From: Pelagomonas calceolata
Lineage: Eukaryota
Assembly: GCA_918797485.1 (NCBI GenBank)
Contig: CAKKNE010000001.1
Location: forward strand, 682,001 to 746,000
Reading direction: 5' to 3'
Length of the DNA: 64,000 nucleotides
The notes under the pieces were generated by a model, which was not told the origin of the DNA, ran no database searches, and worked only from the letters and a program-made list of their open reading frames with translations. The position numbers were made by a program, and so were the translations under genes. How positions within the stretch are numbered: position 1 is the first letter of the stretch; every line of letters begins with the position of its first letter. Below, piece by piece: positions 1-12,666 of the stretch.

Positions 1-133
1 CTCAACTTCAAGTTGGTGAAGACGGCGTCAATGCGACGTTCCGACACCGTGACGCCGTCGACGTGGTCGTGAGAGAGTCTACGGGTCGCATGAGAGAGCT
101 GCGGCCGTGTCGCGACGGCGTCGTTCCGCGCAG

Positions 134-3100
134 GCCTCATGCTCGTCGGCCCGACGGGCGGCGGCAAGTCGCGCAACTTACACGTCCTAGAAGACACTTT
201 GGGCCAGCTCAAAGTCCTCGGCGAGCAGGGTTTTGCGTATGAGAAGGTGAAGATCTACCAACTGAACCCGAAGAGCATCACGATGGGTCCGCGACGCGGC
301 GTTGAAGTTGACCTTGAACTTGAACTTTTTGTGAGAGCGGCGATGGCGTCGTGGCATCGCGTCGACGCCGTCTTCATGATCATCAGAGCGTCGACGCGTC
401 TCGCGAGGGGAGTGTCGCGACGCTATCCATCAAACGCAGGTCAAATGTACGGCGAGTTCGATCCCAATACAAGAGAATGGCAGGACGGTATTATGAGCAC
501 GATGTACCGCCACGCCGCGACCTCGACGACTTCCGATCGGAAGTGGGTCATGTTCGACGGGCCCGTCGACGCGATCTGGATCGAGAACATGAACACGGTC
601 TTGGATGATAATAAGAAGTTGTGTTTGGTGAGTGGCGAGTCGATAAAGATGAGCAACGAGATGACGATGATGTTCGAAGTTGAAGATTTGCTCGTGGCGT
701 CACCTGCCACCGTTAGTCGTGTTGGTATCATCTACATGGAGCCCAAAGCGTTAGGATTGGACGTTTTACGAGAATCGTGGGTCACGAGAACTTTAAACAA
801 GTGCCCCTGCTTCCGGGACACGTCCTTCACAAGTATTATGGCCTTATGTTTTGATAGATATCTATTCACGGCGATCAATTTCATGCGGGGGCAGATGGCT
901 GAATTGCTGCCGACGATGGACAACAACCTCTGCGAAAGTCTCACGAGGCTGTTGGACTGTTTTTTGGAGCCGTTCTGCGACAAGGAGGGTCGGGATACTC
1001 CTAAGAAGGAAGTTGTGGCGAAGGCCGTGGCGCAGCTCGAGGCGCGGTTCATTTTTTCATTGGTGTGGAGCGTGGGCTGCACGGGGCCGAACGAATCTCG
1101 AGCTCGATTTGATTTATGGCTGCGGTTGCAGTTGGCGCAGTTCGGCATGAAAGATGCCTTTCCAGCTGAGGGATTAGTGTACGACTACGTGCGCGCGCGG
1201 CGTCCCGTGAGCGTGGTTTCTTCTTTGCTGAAGAGGCCGTTCGGACCGAACCGCGATGCGCCACGCATGGCGTGGTCGCCGCGATCCCACGAGAGTCCCC
1301 GCGAGACCGCGATGCGCCGCGCAGGTCTACGACGCCGACGAAAGCAGGTGGGCCGGCTGGATGGCCACGATCGACGACTACAAGGTCGACTCCAAATTAT
1401 CTTTCGCGGAGCTCATCGTGCCGACGCCCGACTCTGTCCGATCTACTTTTATCCTAGCTAAATTGCTACAGAACAGATACCACTGCATGCTCGTGGGCGA
1501 GACTGGTACTGGTAAAACGGTCAATATCTCGCAGTACTTGCAGGGCGTGTCGAAGTGCGAGGGCAAATCAGCTCCCTCAGAACTCATGCCGCTGACGATG
1601 ACGTTCAGCGCGCAGACCTCGGCCAACATGACCCAGGACACGTTGGACGGGAAGTTCGAGAAGAGACGGAGAGGCATCTTCGGGCCGCCGGCGGGCAAGT
1701 TTCAAGCGATCCACGTCGACGATTTGAACATGCCCAAACGGGAGACGTACGGCGCGCAGCCGCCGATCGAAATTCTGCGGCAGTGGTTCTGACTCAGTGT
1801 TTTTCTCGGAACGTTTCCGAACTTCAAGTTCGCGTCGATGGCGTCGGCGCGACGTCACGCCACCGCGACGCCGTCGACGTGGTCGTGAGAGAGTCTACGG
1901 GTCTCGCGAGCGAGCCTCGGGACCGCGGAACGCCTCGAAACGGCTCAAACTCGACAAAGAGACCACCCACGGCCTCGTCTGATGGAGACGACGCGCGTCG
2001 ATGGCGTGGGAACCGTTGGCGACGCCGTCGTTCCGCGCAGGTTCTCGCAGGGCGGCTGGTTCGACCGCTCGAATGATCTGGCTTTTCGGAAGATCATCGA
2101 CATCGTCTTCATCGCTTCTCTCGGACCTCCTGGGGGAGGCAGGCAGGACATGACGGCGCGGTTCGTGCGGCCGTTTAATGTTGTGGGGTTGGCGGAGATG
2201 AGTGATCAATCGAAGGCGGGCATCTTCGAGACGATCCTGGGCGACTTTCTGGCGTCGTTCACGCCGGAGATCTCGACGTTGTGTTCGGGGTTGGTCCAGT
2301 CCACTATTGATACGTTTAACAACGTCGTATCTTCCCTGTTACCGACGCCGGCCAAGAGCCACTATACGTTTAATTTGCGGGATTTAGCCAAGGTCTTCCA
2401 GGGGACGCTCATGGGCTCGCCGAAGTTCATCGAGCAACCGATCGGCATGGTGCGGACTCGGCGTCTGTTTCTGACGTTTTCTGAACTTCAAGTTCGCGTC
2501 GATGGCGTCAACGTGACTTCCCGTCACCGTGACGTCGTCGACGCGATCGCATGAGCGTCTACACGTCTCGTGTGGGAGCCACGGCCGTGTCGCGACGGCG
2601 TCGGTGCCACGCAGGTGCGGCTCTGGTCTCATGAACTGAAAAGAGTTTTTGAAGATCGATTGACTACTTCTGATGATCACGACTGGTTCGTTTCCCAACT
2701 TGAACAATGTGTTTCTGAGAAATTTGGCATGAAGTGGGCCGACATCGTGCGCACGGAACGTGCGATCTCGGCGTCCCGTCGTGTTGTGGTGTCTTCACTT
2801 CATTCAAACGACTCGTGTCCATCTCACTTCCATGAGAGTGGTTTCTTTTTCGATTCTGAGGCCCTTCGGACCGCGTCGAGCGACGGCCCCGCATCGCGGC
2901 CGAATGCACTCGAAATCAACAAAAGAAACCACCCACTTCATCATGAGGTGGACACGACGCGCTTCGACCGCCGCGACACCGCGATGCTCCGCGCAGGACT
3001 CTTGTATTGCGATTTCGTCGACCCGAACGCGGATCCTAGAGTGTATCAAGAGGTCGAGGACATCGACAAACTGAAACTCGTCGTGAACGACTTCCTCGAG

Positions 3101-6100
3101 GAGCACAACGCCGAGTCGAAGAGCCCGATGCCGCTGGTCATGTTTTTGGACGCGATCGAGCACGTCCTTCGCATTGCTCGCATCCTGAGGCAGCCCCAGG
3201 GCAACGCGTTGTTACTGGGCGTGGGCGGCTCGGGGAGGCAGTCCATGTCGAAGATGGCGACCTACATCAGCGGCTACGAGCTCTTCCAGGTCGAGATCGC
3301 CAAGGGCTACGGCGCGATCTCCGCGTTTTGAGGTGTAGAGTCACGCCATTGATCTCGTGTCCATCAGACGAGGTCGTGGGTCGTTTCTTTCTTGCTGAAG
3401 AGGCCATTTTGACGGAAATGCTCCGCGCAGGCATGGTCGAGTGGCGGGAAGATTTAAGGAGGTGCCTCTTGCAGGCGGGCGTGAAGGATACGCCCACCTC
3501 CTTCGTGTTCACGGACGCGCAGGTCGTCATGGAGTCGTTCCTGGAGGACGTGAATAATATACTCAACGCCGGGGTACGCGATCTCGGCGTCCCGCGGGGC
3601 TGCGGTGCCTTCACGCCATCGACGCGCGTCGTCCTCGAGAGAGGAGGTCGTGGGTGGTCGCTTTTTGGATTTTGAGGCCGTTCGGACCGAGTCGGGGGAC
3701 CACAATGCTCCACGCATGACGTGGTCGCCGCGACGGCGTCGACGCGATGCCGCGCCGCCTCGACGCCGTCTTCGTGGTCGCATGAGAGTCCACGCGTCTC
3801 GCGAGAGAGCCGCGGCGGTCTCGTGACGCAGTCGCTCCGCGCAGGACGTCCCGAACCTCTACGGCCCCGAGGAGATGGACGCCATCATGAGCGCGTGCCG
3901 CGTCGACTGCCAAAAAAAACAAATCACGCCGACGAAGACGAATATTTTTGCCCAGTACGTGGTGAGGGTCCGAAGGAACATGCACGTGTGCCTGTGCATG
4001 TCTCCTCTTGGTGAGACCTTTCGGGAAAGGTTAAGACAATTTCCATCTTTAGTAAACTGCAGCACGATCGACTGGTTTACCGAATGGCCGGCCGAGGCGC
4101 TAGAATCTGTTGGTCTTAGTGCGTTAGTGGAAGCCAATCAAGTCATCCCCGAGAACCGAAGTGGAGTAGTAAAAATGTTCAAGCAGATCCACCAGGACGT
4201 CGAGCGCAAGTCCCGGGAGTTCTACGACGTGCTGCGGCGATTTAATTACGTGACGCCTACGTCCTACTTGGAACTGCTGTCGTCGTTCGACACGCTATTG
4301 AGTTACAAGCGCGGCGAGGTCAAGACGAAGAAAGATAGATTAAAGATCGGCCTGGATAAAATAATTTCGACGGGAGAACTCGTCGAGGGCATGCAGAAGG
4401 TCCGTGACTCAGTGTTGAAGTTGAAGTTGAACTTGAACTGGTGGAGTCGTCGCGCGCTCCACGCCATCGTTTCGTGATTGTTCGTATCAACGCAGGAACT
4501 CGAGATCCTGGCGCCGCAGTTAGTTGTTAAAGGGAAAGAGGTCGACGAGATGATGGTTTGATGGCGGCGTCCCTTGATGTGCGTCGTGTCCATCTCACGA
4601 GGTCGTGGGGCGGTCTCTTTGTCGAGTTTGAGCTGTTTCGGATGACGCGGTCGCCTCGACGCGAGCACTCCCGAGAGAGAGCGCGAGAGCAATCTTCACG
4701 GGTCGCGGCGATGGCGTACCGGTGAGATCTATGGCTCGCCCCTGAAATCTACACCACGGCCACGCCGTCGACGCGACCGCACGAGAGTCTACGGACCGTT
4801 TCCGGTGAATACGATGCTCACACAGGTCGTCATCGACAAGGACAAGAAGGACGCCGCCGTCGTCAAGGAGAAGGTCCTGGTCCAAGAAGCGAGTGCCACG
4901 GAGATTTCGGAGCGAGCGGGGGCCATCGCGGCCGACGCGCAAGCGGATTTAGATAAAGCCCTACCTGCCCTCGCGGCCGCCGTCCAATGCTTGAAAGAAC
5001 TCAAGAAGGCCCATATTGATGAAGTGAAAGCGCTCAAGAAGCCTCCCGGTGGCGTCCGACTGACGCTAGAAGTAGCTTGTGTCTTTTTCGAGGTCGCGCC
5101 CGTGAAAAAACCGGACCCCGAGGACCCGTCCAAAAAAGTATTTGACTACGTGGAACCGGCCGGCAAAAGCTTGTTGAGCAACGCGGGCAAGTTCCTGGAA
5201 ATGTTGCAGGACTTCGACAAGGACAACATCCCGGACAAGGTGCGTTTTTTGAGGTCTTGCGGTGCCTTCACTTTGTTGCTGGGACTCGTATCATGTTGTG
5301 GGTGGTTTTATGTCTGATTTCGAGTGAATTCGCTCGACGCGGTCCGAACCGGTTCATGGAAGGACCAGAGACCACCTCCGGCACCGTGAGATGGAGACCG
5401 CGTCGCACGCGCGCAGGTCATCAAGAAGGTCGGCCCCTACATCGAGAACCCCGACTTCACGCCCAAGGCGATCGAAAAAGCCTCCGTCGCGTGCAAGGCC
5501 ATCTGCATGTGGTCCGACGCGGCGTGTTGAACTTGACCTTGAACTTGACGTCTGGTCGATGGCGTCTTCGCGAGACCGCGACGCCGTCGACGTGGCCGTC
5601 GGAGAGTCTACACGTCTCGCGACGGCGTCCGTGCCACACAGGGCGCACGCGATGCATACCTATCACTTCGTCGCGCTCGGGGTTGCCCCTAAAAAAGCTA
5701 AGTTAGCGGAGGCCCAAGCGGAGTTGGAGGAGGCCACTGGAGTCTTGAATGAGGCCCGGGCCAAGCTCGCGGCAGTCGTAGAAAAACTGGAGCGATTGGA
5801 GGAGGCCCTCCAGAACGCCGTGAACGAGAAGAAATCTTTATCTGATAAAGAACAACAATGTAAAGTACGGTTATCCAATGCTGATAAACTCATCGGCGGC
5901 CTCGGTGGGGAACGGGTCCGCTGGACGCAAACAGTAGCTGATTTAACCGTGGCGGTGGACAACTGCATCGGCGACATACTCATAAGTGCGGGATTCATCT
6001 CGTACCTAGGACCGTTTACCGCCGAATTTAGACAAGATGTCGGCGACTCGTGGAGAGATAAATTAATTGAATTCAAGATTCAGCATACGGAGGGCTGCGA

Positions 6101-9100
6101 CATCACGCAGACGCTCGTCGAGCCGGTCAAGCTGCGCATCTGGCAGATGTACGGCCTGCCGACGGACCCCCTGAGCACGCAGAACGGCATCATGCTCGAT
6201 AGAGCTAGACGATGGTCCCTATTCATCGACCCGCAAGGTGCTGACTCGGCGTGAAAATTGAACTTGAACTTGACGTCTGGTCGATGGCGTCTTCGCGAGA
6301 CCACCTCGACGCCGTCGACGCGGCCGCATGGGAGTCGACGCGCCTCGTGAGCGAGTCGCGGTCATTTCGTGACGGCGTCGTTCCCACACAGGACAAGCGA
6401 ACCGCTACATCCGGCGCATGGCCAAGGACAAGGACATCTGCATGAACGGCTTCGACGTCGCGAAACTGACCGATAAGAACTTTCTGCGAACGCTCGAGAA
6501 CGCGGTGCGATTTGGCAAGTGGGCGCTCTTGGAAAACATCCAGGAGACCTTGGACGCTGCTCTCGAGCCCATATTGATGCAGCAGACGTTCAAGCAGGGC
6601 GGCCAGGACATGATGAAGCTCGGTATGTATTGATGTTGAAGTTGAACTTTGATGTTGAACTATGTAGGCGAGAACACGATCCCGTACAACGAGGAGTTCC
6701 GGCTGTTTCTGACCACCAAAATGCCGAACCCGCACTACAGTCCGGAGGTGCAGGTCAAAATCAGTCTTGTGAATTTTACCGTCACGCAGTCGGGGCTGGA
6801 GGAGCAGCTGCTCGGCGCGTCGCGCGGCGTCCGAATCGAGACGAGTCGTATCAAGGAAGCGAGAGCGCCGCGACGCAGGCGCGACGGTCGAGCTCGAGAT
6901 GCCCGAGCTCGCGGAGAAGAAGAGCGAGCTCGTCGTCCAGTCGGCAGCCATGAACAAGCAGCTGTTTGATATTGAATCCAGTATTTTGAAACTGCTGGCC
7001 GAGTCGAAGGGCAACATCCTAGATGATACGAACTTGATCGAGACGCTCGCGCAAGCGAAGAAGACGTCCGACTCGGCGTCCGTTTCCTTCAATTTCCGAA
7101 CTTGAAGTTGCGTCGATGGCGTCGGCGCGACGCGACGCCACCGCGACGCCGTCTTCATGATCACCAGAGAGTCCTTGTGCCGTCAGAGAGCCTCCCGAGC
7201 GCGTCGCGACGGTATCAATCAACACAGGTCGAACGAGGTGAACATCCGCATGCAGGAGGCCGAGGTCACGGCGGTAGAAGTCAACAAGACGTCCGAGGAG
7301 TACCGGCCCGTCGCCAAACGCGCTAGTCTGTTGTACTTCTGCCTCGCGGACATGGCCAATGTGGATCCGATGTACCAGTACGCGCTGCCCTGGTTCAAGG
7401 CCCTCTTTGCCACTGGAGTCGGTAGAGCCCCAGCATCAAATGACATGGAACAAAGATTAGAGAACCTGAACGTCTTCTTCACGTATTTTGTGTACACGAA
7501 CGTGCGCCGTCAGTGTCGTGTAGAGGCGCCTTCACGCCGTCGACGCGACTCGGCTCCGTCAGAGAAGGCGCTGAGTGGTCTCGGGTCCGCGCAGGTGTGC
7601 CGAAGTCTCTTCGAGGCCCACAAGCTCCTCTTCTCCTTCCTGATGACTATTAAAATTATGATGGGCGATAATAGATTAGACGCGCTCGAGTGGCGCTTCT
7701 GCATTAGTGGACAGACGATCAAGCCGCTCGCCCTGGAAAATCCCGCGGACGACTGGATCGAGGCCAACACGTGGTCCGTGACTCGGCGCCGAAAATGACC
7801 TTGAACGTGACGTCTGGTCGATGGCGTCTTCACGAGACGGCGTCGCCTCGACGCCGTCGATGCGACCGTTTCGCGACGGCGTCGTTCCCACGCAGGACCG
7901 AAATCTTGGCGCTTGGGGGTCTCAGCGATGTCTTCAAAGGTCTGCCGCAAGCGTTCAAGGACAATCTGGCGGGCTGGCGCAAGGTCTACGACTCCGAGAC
8001 GCCGCAGTCGATCGGCTACCCCGCACCATATGATAAATTGTCAGGCTTGCAGAACTTGTGTGTCCTACGAGTGATACGACGGGACAAGCTCATGGACGGC
8101 GTCCAGAAGTTCGTCGAGGACGAGATGGGCGCGCTCGCGGCGTCCTGTTGTGTAGAGGCGCCTTCACGCCATCGACGCGTCGAGTCCGAACGGCCCCAAA
8201 CTCGAAAAAGAAACCACTCTCATGGAAGTGAGATGGACACGATGCCCCGCGCAGGTCGCAGATACACGGAGCCCCCGCCCTTTGACCTACCTGCATGTTA
8301 CGACGACTCCGAGAACGTGACACCTCTAGTATTTATTCTATCTACCGGCTCAGATCCAAATAAAGACATCCAGGAGCTCGCGCGGAACCTGTCCATGGAG
8401 GACAAGTGGACCTCTATAGCTTTAGGGCAAGGGCAAGGGGCCATCGCCGAGAAACTCATCGAGAAGAGCACGAAGGACGGCTCCTGGGTCCTCCTGCAGA
8501 ATTGTCATTTATGTGTATCCTGGCTACCGACGCTCGAGCGCATCGTCGAGGACTTCAAGCCGGACCAGGTCCACGAAAGTTTCCGGCTCTGGCTCACGTC
8601 GAAGCCGAGTCCGCACTTCCCCGTGGCGGTGATGCAAGTTTCTGTAAAAATGACGAAGGAGCCGCCGCGCGGTCCGCGACGCGGCGTCGTCTCCGTCAGA
8701 CGAGGTCGTGAGCCGTCTCGTCCCACGCAGGTCTCCGCGCGAACCTCAAGACGGTGTTCCTCAAGATGGACGACGACAAGTTGAACCGGTGCTGACTCGG
8801 CGTCTGAACTTGAACTTTGGGAAGACGGCGTCTTCATGAGACCACAGCGCCTCGCGACGGCGTCGTTCCCGCGCAGGACGAACAAGCCGGCGGACTACCG
8901 CAAACTACTCTTTGGGTTGTGCTTCTTCCACGCGCTGATTATTGAGAGAAAAAAGTTCGGCCCGCTCGGCTGGTCCGCGACGCAGCGTTGAAGTTGACCT
9001 TGAAGTTGAACTTGACTCATATCCACGCAGGAACACGGCCTACGCCTTCAACGAGACGGATTTAGACATCTGCATCTCGCAGCTCGAGCTCTATGTCAAC

Positions 9101-10582
9101 AAATTCGCGGAGATCCCCTTTACTGTACTCAGTATGCTCACGTCGGTGGTCAACTACGGCGGGCGCATAAACGACGATAAGGACATGCGGACGGCGGATA
9201 TCATCATTGCGGACTTCTTGACGCCGGACATTTTAGCTGACTCTTATAAGTTTAGTAGATCAGGCATCTACAAGACGATCAGTACGGATTCTCAGAAAGG
9301 GTATCTGGAGTATATTGACTCGCTACCGATGATGCCCGAGCCCGAGGTCTTCGGCATGCACGGCAACGCCATGATTACGTATGATCTGAACGAGTCGGAC
9401 TCGAACTGCGAGATCATCTTATCGCTCCAACCTAGAACGTCTGGTGGAGGAGGTGTGTCGCGGGAGGACGTCATGGGTGACGCGGCCCGGGACATGGAAA
9501 GTCGCTTGCCAGCTGTTTTCGACCCGGACGACGTGTATCTGCGGTATCCCACGGATTATAATGAATGTCTCAACACGACGCTTGTGCAGGAGGTGACGAA
9601 GTTTACGAGGCTCGAACGGGTCATGGTGTCTACTCTCGCATCCTTGCAGTTAGCCCTGAAAGGATTGGTAGTTTTGAGTTCAGAGCTGGAGGCCATGGGC
9701 AACGCGGTCTACGACGGGAAAGTACCCCTACCGTGGATGGGGAAAGGCTATCCCTCGCTGAAACCGCTGCCGCTATGGTATGCCGATTTACTTAGGAGGT
9801 TGGACTTCATGGAAGGGTGGATTCAGAATGGCACGCCGGACGTCATCTGGATTTCGGTCTTCTTCTTCCCGCAAGGTCCGGCTCGGTGTCTCGTAGCTTG
9901 AATTTGGGGGTCTGTGGCGCCTTCACTTTGTTGCTGTGACTCGTGTCCATCTTCTGATGAAGTTTGGGGCCGTTCGGACCGCGTCGGGACCGCGAACCGG
10001 TTCATTGAAGGACCAGGGACCACCCATCTTCATCATTGATGGAGACGAGTTCAAAACGCCGAGATCTCACTCTTATCAAACGCAGGCTTCATGACGGCCA
10101 ACGTCCAGAATTATGCCAGAAGAAAACAGATTCCGGTGGATACGGTGCAGTTCGGCCATAAGTTGCTGCGGGAGGAGCCCTCGGAACTTACGAGTAAGCC
10201 GGCGTCGGGCTGCTACATCTACGGCTTGTTCCTGGAGGGCGCGCGGTGGGACAAGAGGAACAACACGCTAACGGACCCAAAGCCCAAGGAGCTCTTCGCG
10301 CCCATGCCCGTCATCCACTTGGTGCCCGAGGTCGATCGGGCGCCCAATCCACCAGATGGTGGAATATATAGATGTCCGGTGTACAAGATTTTAACAAGGA
10401 CGGGTACTCTATCAACAACTGGTCACAGTACGAATTTCGTCTTTTGGCTCGAGGTGCCCTCGACGAAACCAACATGCTACCGGAATAGTCTGGTGAGCGA
10501 GACGAACGCCCAGATCAAGTTGTGCGACCAGAGCTACTGGATCAAGGCCGGCGTCGCGTGCTTCTGCGCGCTGAAGTACTAA
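134..10582 (+). CDS. Axonemal dynein heavy chain (inner-arm, DNAH1/6-like), 3' portion; 5' end lies outside the window
   Basis: Spliced model, exons 134-286, 440-1188, 1325-1785, 2041-2449, 2615-2759, 2997-3311, 3431-3573, 3845-4399, 4496-4555, 4826-5239, 5417-5511, 5642-6237, 6392-6622, 6668-6814, 6879-7065, 7228-7501, 7595-7773, 7896-8128, 8255-8671, 8731-8788, 8877-8972, 9031-9875, 10086-10582. Restores [72 protein letters not shown]. Confidence 0.95.
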
Positions 10583-10598
10583 GTATGAAAATTAGTCC

Positions 10599-11783
10599 TC
10601 ACGTCGCCCGCGCCGCGAGCCACTCCCGATACGCCGCCGCGCTCTGCGTCGGCGGCGTTTGTGGCAGCGGGCCGAGGGACGCGTCGGCGAAGCGCTTCCC
10701 GACGAGCTTCGTCGCGTAGTCGTAGAGCTGGAGGTCGTGGCGATTGTCGCTCCACAGGAGCTCTAGATCGTCAACGTCCGGCAACCAGGACGCCGGCCTT
10801 CGCGACGTATGTCCTCCGGCCGCGCGGCGCTTCGGGACGTGTATTGGTGGTTTCCCAGAGCCGTCCGCGAAGCAGAGCCGCCGGCCCAGCGCGCGCGCCG
10901 TGTGAGGACTACTCAGCCACTCCGTGATCAGCGGAAAGGCCGCATCTAACCACTCCTTGGCCGTTTCCAAGTGGACAAACGACAATTGGAGATGCTTGTC
11001 CACGACGACGCCGGCCAGCGTCTTCGTATACAGCTCGCTCGTCACGGACCAGAGCCGCTCGTTGCGATGGCCGGCATGAATTACTCTCTTCTGGCGCAGC
11101 CAGTCACCGAAGGAGATCTCCTCATCTTTCACGGGCTTCTTGAAGAGGCCCCAACGGCCCTCGAACCAGTACCTGCGTGGCACGCCATCGAGCAGGCACG
11201 GTCGCGTCGATGGTGTACGCAGGCGCTACAAGGACACCGGGTCGCATACCGAGATATCACGCGGTCGACGGGGTGCCGCAGTATCGTCAGGTGCAGGCAA
11301 CTCCCGAGCCGCGCGCACGCATAGGCCTCGCGCGTCGCTTTCGCCGAGCGCAGGCTCGAGCCCTCGATCACAAACGCGGTCTCCTCGCGGTAGTAGAGGT
11401 GGTTCAGGAGCTGCTCGCCGACCCTGCGCGGGAACGGATCCGGTGAGACGTGTGCGCTCGACGCCATCGACGCGACCCGCCATGAAGTCGACACTGGGCC
11501 AGCACCATTTCCCGCCCGTGCCGCGCATGTGCACGTGATACGCCCCACACGGCCTCGCGCAGCGCGGCGTCACGGGCGCGCATTGCCCCTTGCCCCGCCG
11601 CGCGACGACGCACGAGGCGTTGACGGAGCAGCTTGCACTTGCGGTGGCGACGAGCGCCGCATGAAGCACGTACCGCAGGAGTGAGCTACGTCTGCCCCGC
11701 TCACGAGAGGTCAGCAGCGGCAAGAGCCGCAGCGCAGGCGTCCGCGGGCGCGTCGCCGGCGTCCATGCTCGCGACGAGGGCAT
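10599..11783 (-). CDS. Sulfotransferase-family protein; start codon uncertain
   Basis: Introns 11424-11505 and 11173-11249 join YHVHMRGTGGKW (PAPS-binding-like) and TILRHPVDRVISRY to ORF 10599-11183. Nearest in-frame ATG (11783) overlaps the upstream ORF. Confidence 0.6.
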
Positions 11784-12252
11784 CCTCGAGCTTGCGCCGC
11801 GCCGCCGTCTCGGCGCCGCCGGCGACGGCGGCGCGGCCCGTGCGCGCGCGGCCGTCGGCGGTGACGGAGGCGACGGCGCCCGCGCCCGCGACCAAAACGT
11901 CGACGCCGAGCGACCGGTCGCCGGCGGCCGCCGCCGCGAAGCGCTGCGCGAGGGCCCGGGCCAGCCTTGATGGAGGCAGCGGCGCCGAGTACGTGGCTCG
12001 GTGCTCGAGGCACAGGATCGTCGCGGCTCTCGCGACGGCTCTCGCGTCGGCAGCGACTCCCACGGTCGCGATGGATAATCCGTCGTCGACGCGCCAGATA
12101 CGCTGCGCCGGGTAGGCGAGCGCCTCGTTTTCGATCGATGCGACCGCGAGGTGGGTGCTTTGCTCGAGGGAGGCGCCGACGGCGAGGGCGCGGGGCTCCT
12201 GCTTGGCGGCTGCAAGGCAGCACAGGCTCGCAGCGATGCTGGCCGAACGCAT
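11701..12252 (-). CDS. Divergent 20S proteasome alpha-type subunit-like protein with signal-peptide-like N-terminus
   Basis: RIWRVDDGLSIATVGVAADARAV...EHRATY...RSLGVDVLVAG resembles the proteasome alpha core; hydrophobic N-terminus MRSASIAASLCCLAAA. Confidence 0.65.
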   Translation of the reverse strand: MRSASIAASLCCLAAAKQEPRALAVGASLEQSTHLAVASIENEALAYPAQRIWRVDDGLSIATVGVAADARAVARAATILCLEHRATYSAPLPPSRLARALAQRFAAAAAGDRSLGVDVLVAGAGAVASVTADGRARTGRAAVAGGAETAARRKLEDALVASMDAGDAPADACAAALAAADLS

Positions 12253-12355
12253 GCGTCACGTACGCGATCAATGCGAGTGCGGGGCGCTCCAGCCCAGCGT
12301 CGTGCGCGGTTTTACGTGCGGTTCCAGGCGCCCGGCGCGAGTTAATCTCGATGGG

Positions 12356-12379
12356 GCTAGCGGCCTGTAAGGCACTAGC
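12356..12379 (+). repeat. 24-bp intergenic dyad element
   Basis: GCTAGCGGCCTGTAAGGCACTAGC. Confidence 0.9.
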
Positions 12380-12666
12380 CAGCACGCAGCGCCTACCAAA
12401 AATAGGTCGATTGCTAAGCTTGAGCATCGACTTGAGGGCTGGCAATAACGCCAGAGATTGCTTTCATCGCCCTACGGCTTGCCCTGAACGAACGCGTCAT
12501 CTCCCAGCGACGATAGCTCATTGGTCGCAGTCAGTGCTGCCACAGCTTTTCACGCGCAATAAATAGTCGCGCGCAATAAATACCGCGGGGGGCACACCCC
12601 CGCAACGAGACCGCAGCAATTACGCCGTCGACGCGCACGTGAAACCGTAACACACGTTCGACCGCA

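Noticed and set aside
139..10582. Dynein and RAD50 fragments as frameshifted pseudogenes
   Set aside because: Every break is explained by a GT/GC-AG intron that restores frame and conserved motifs.
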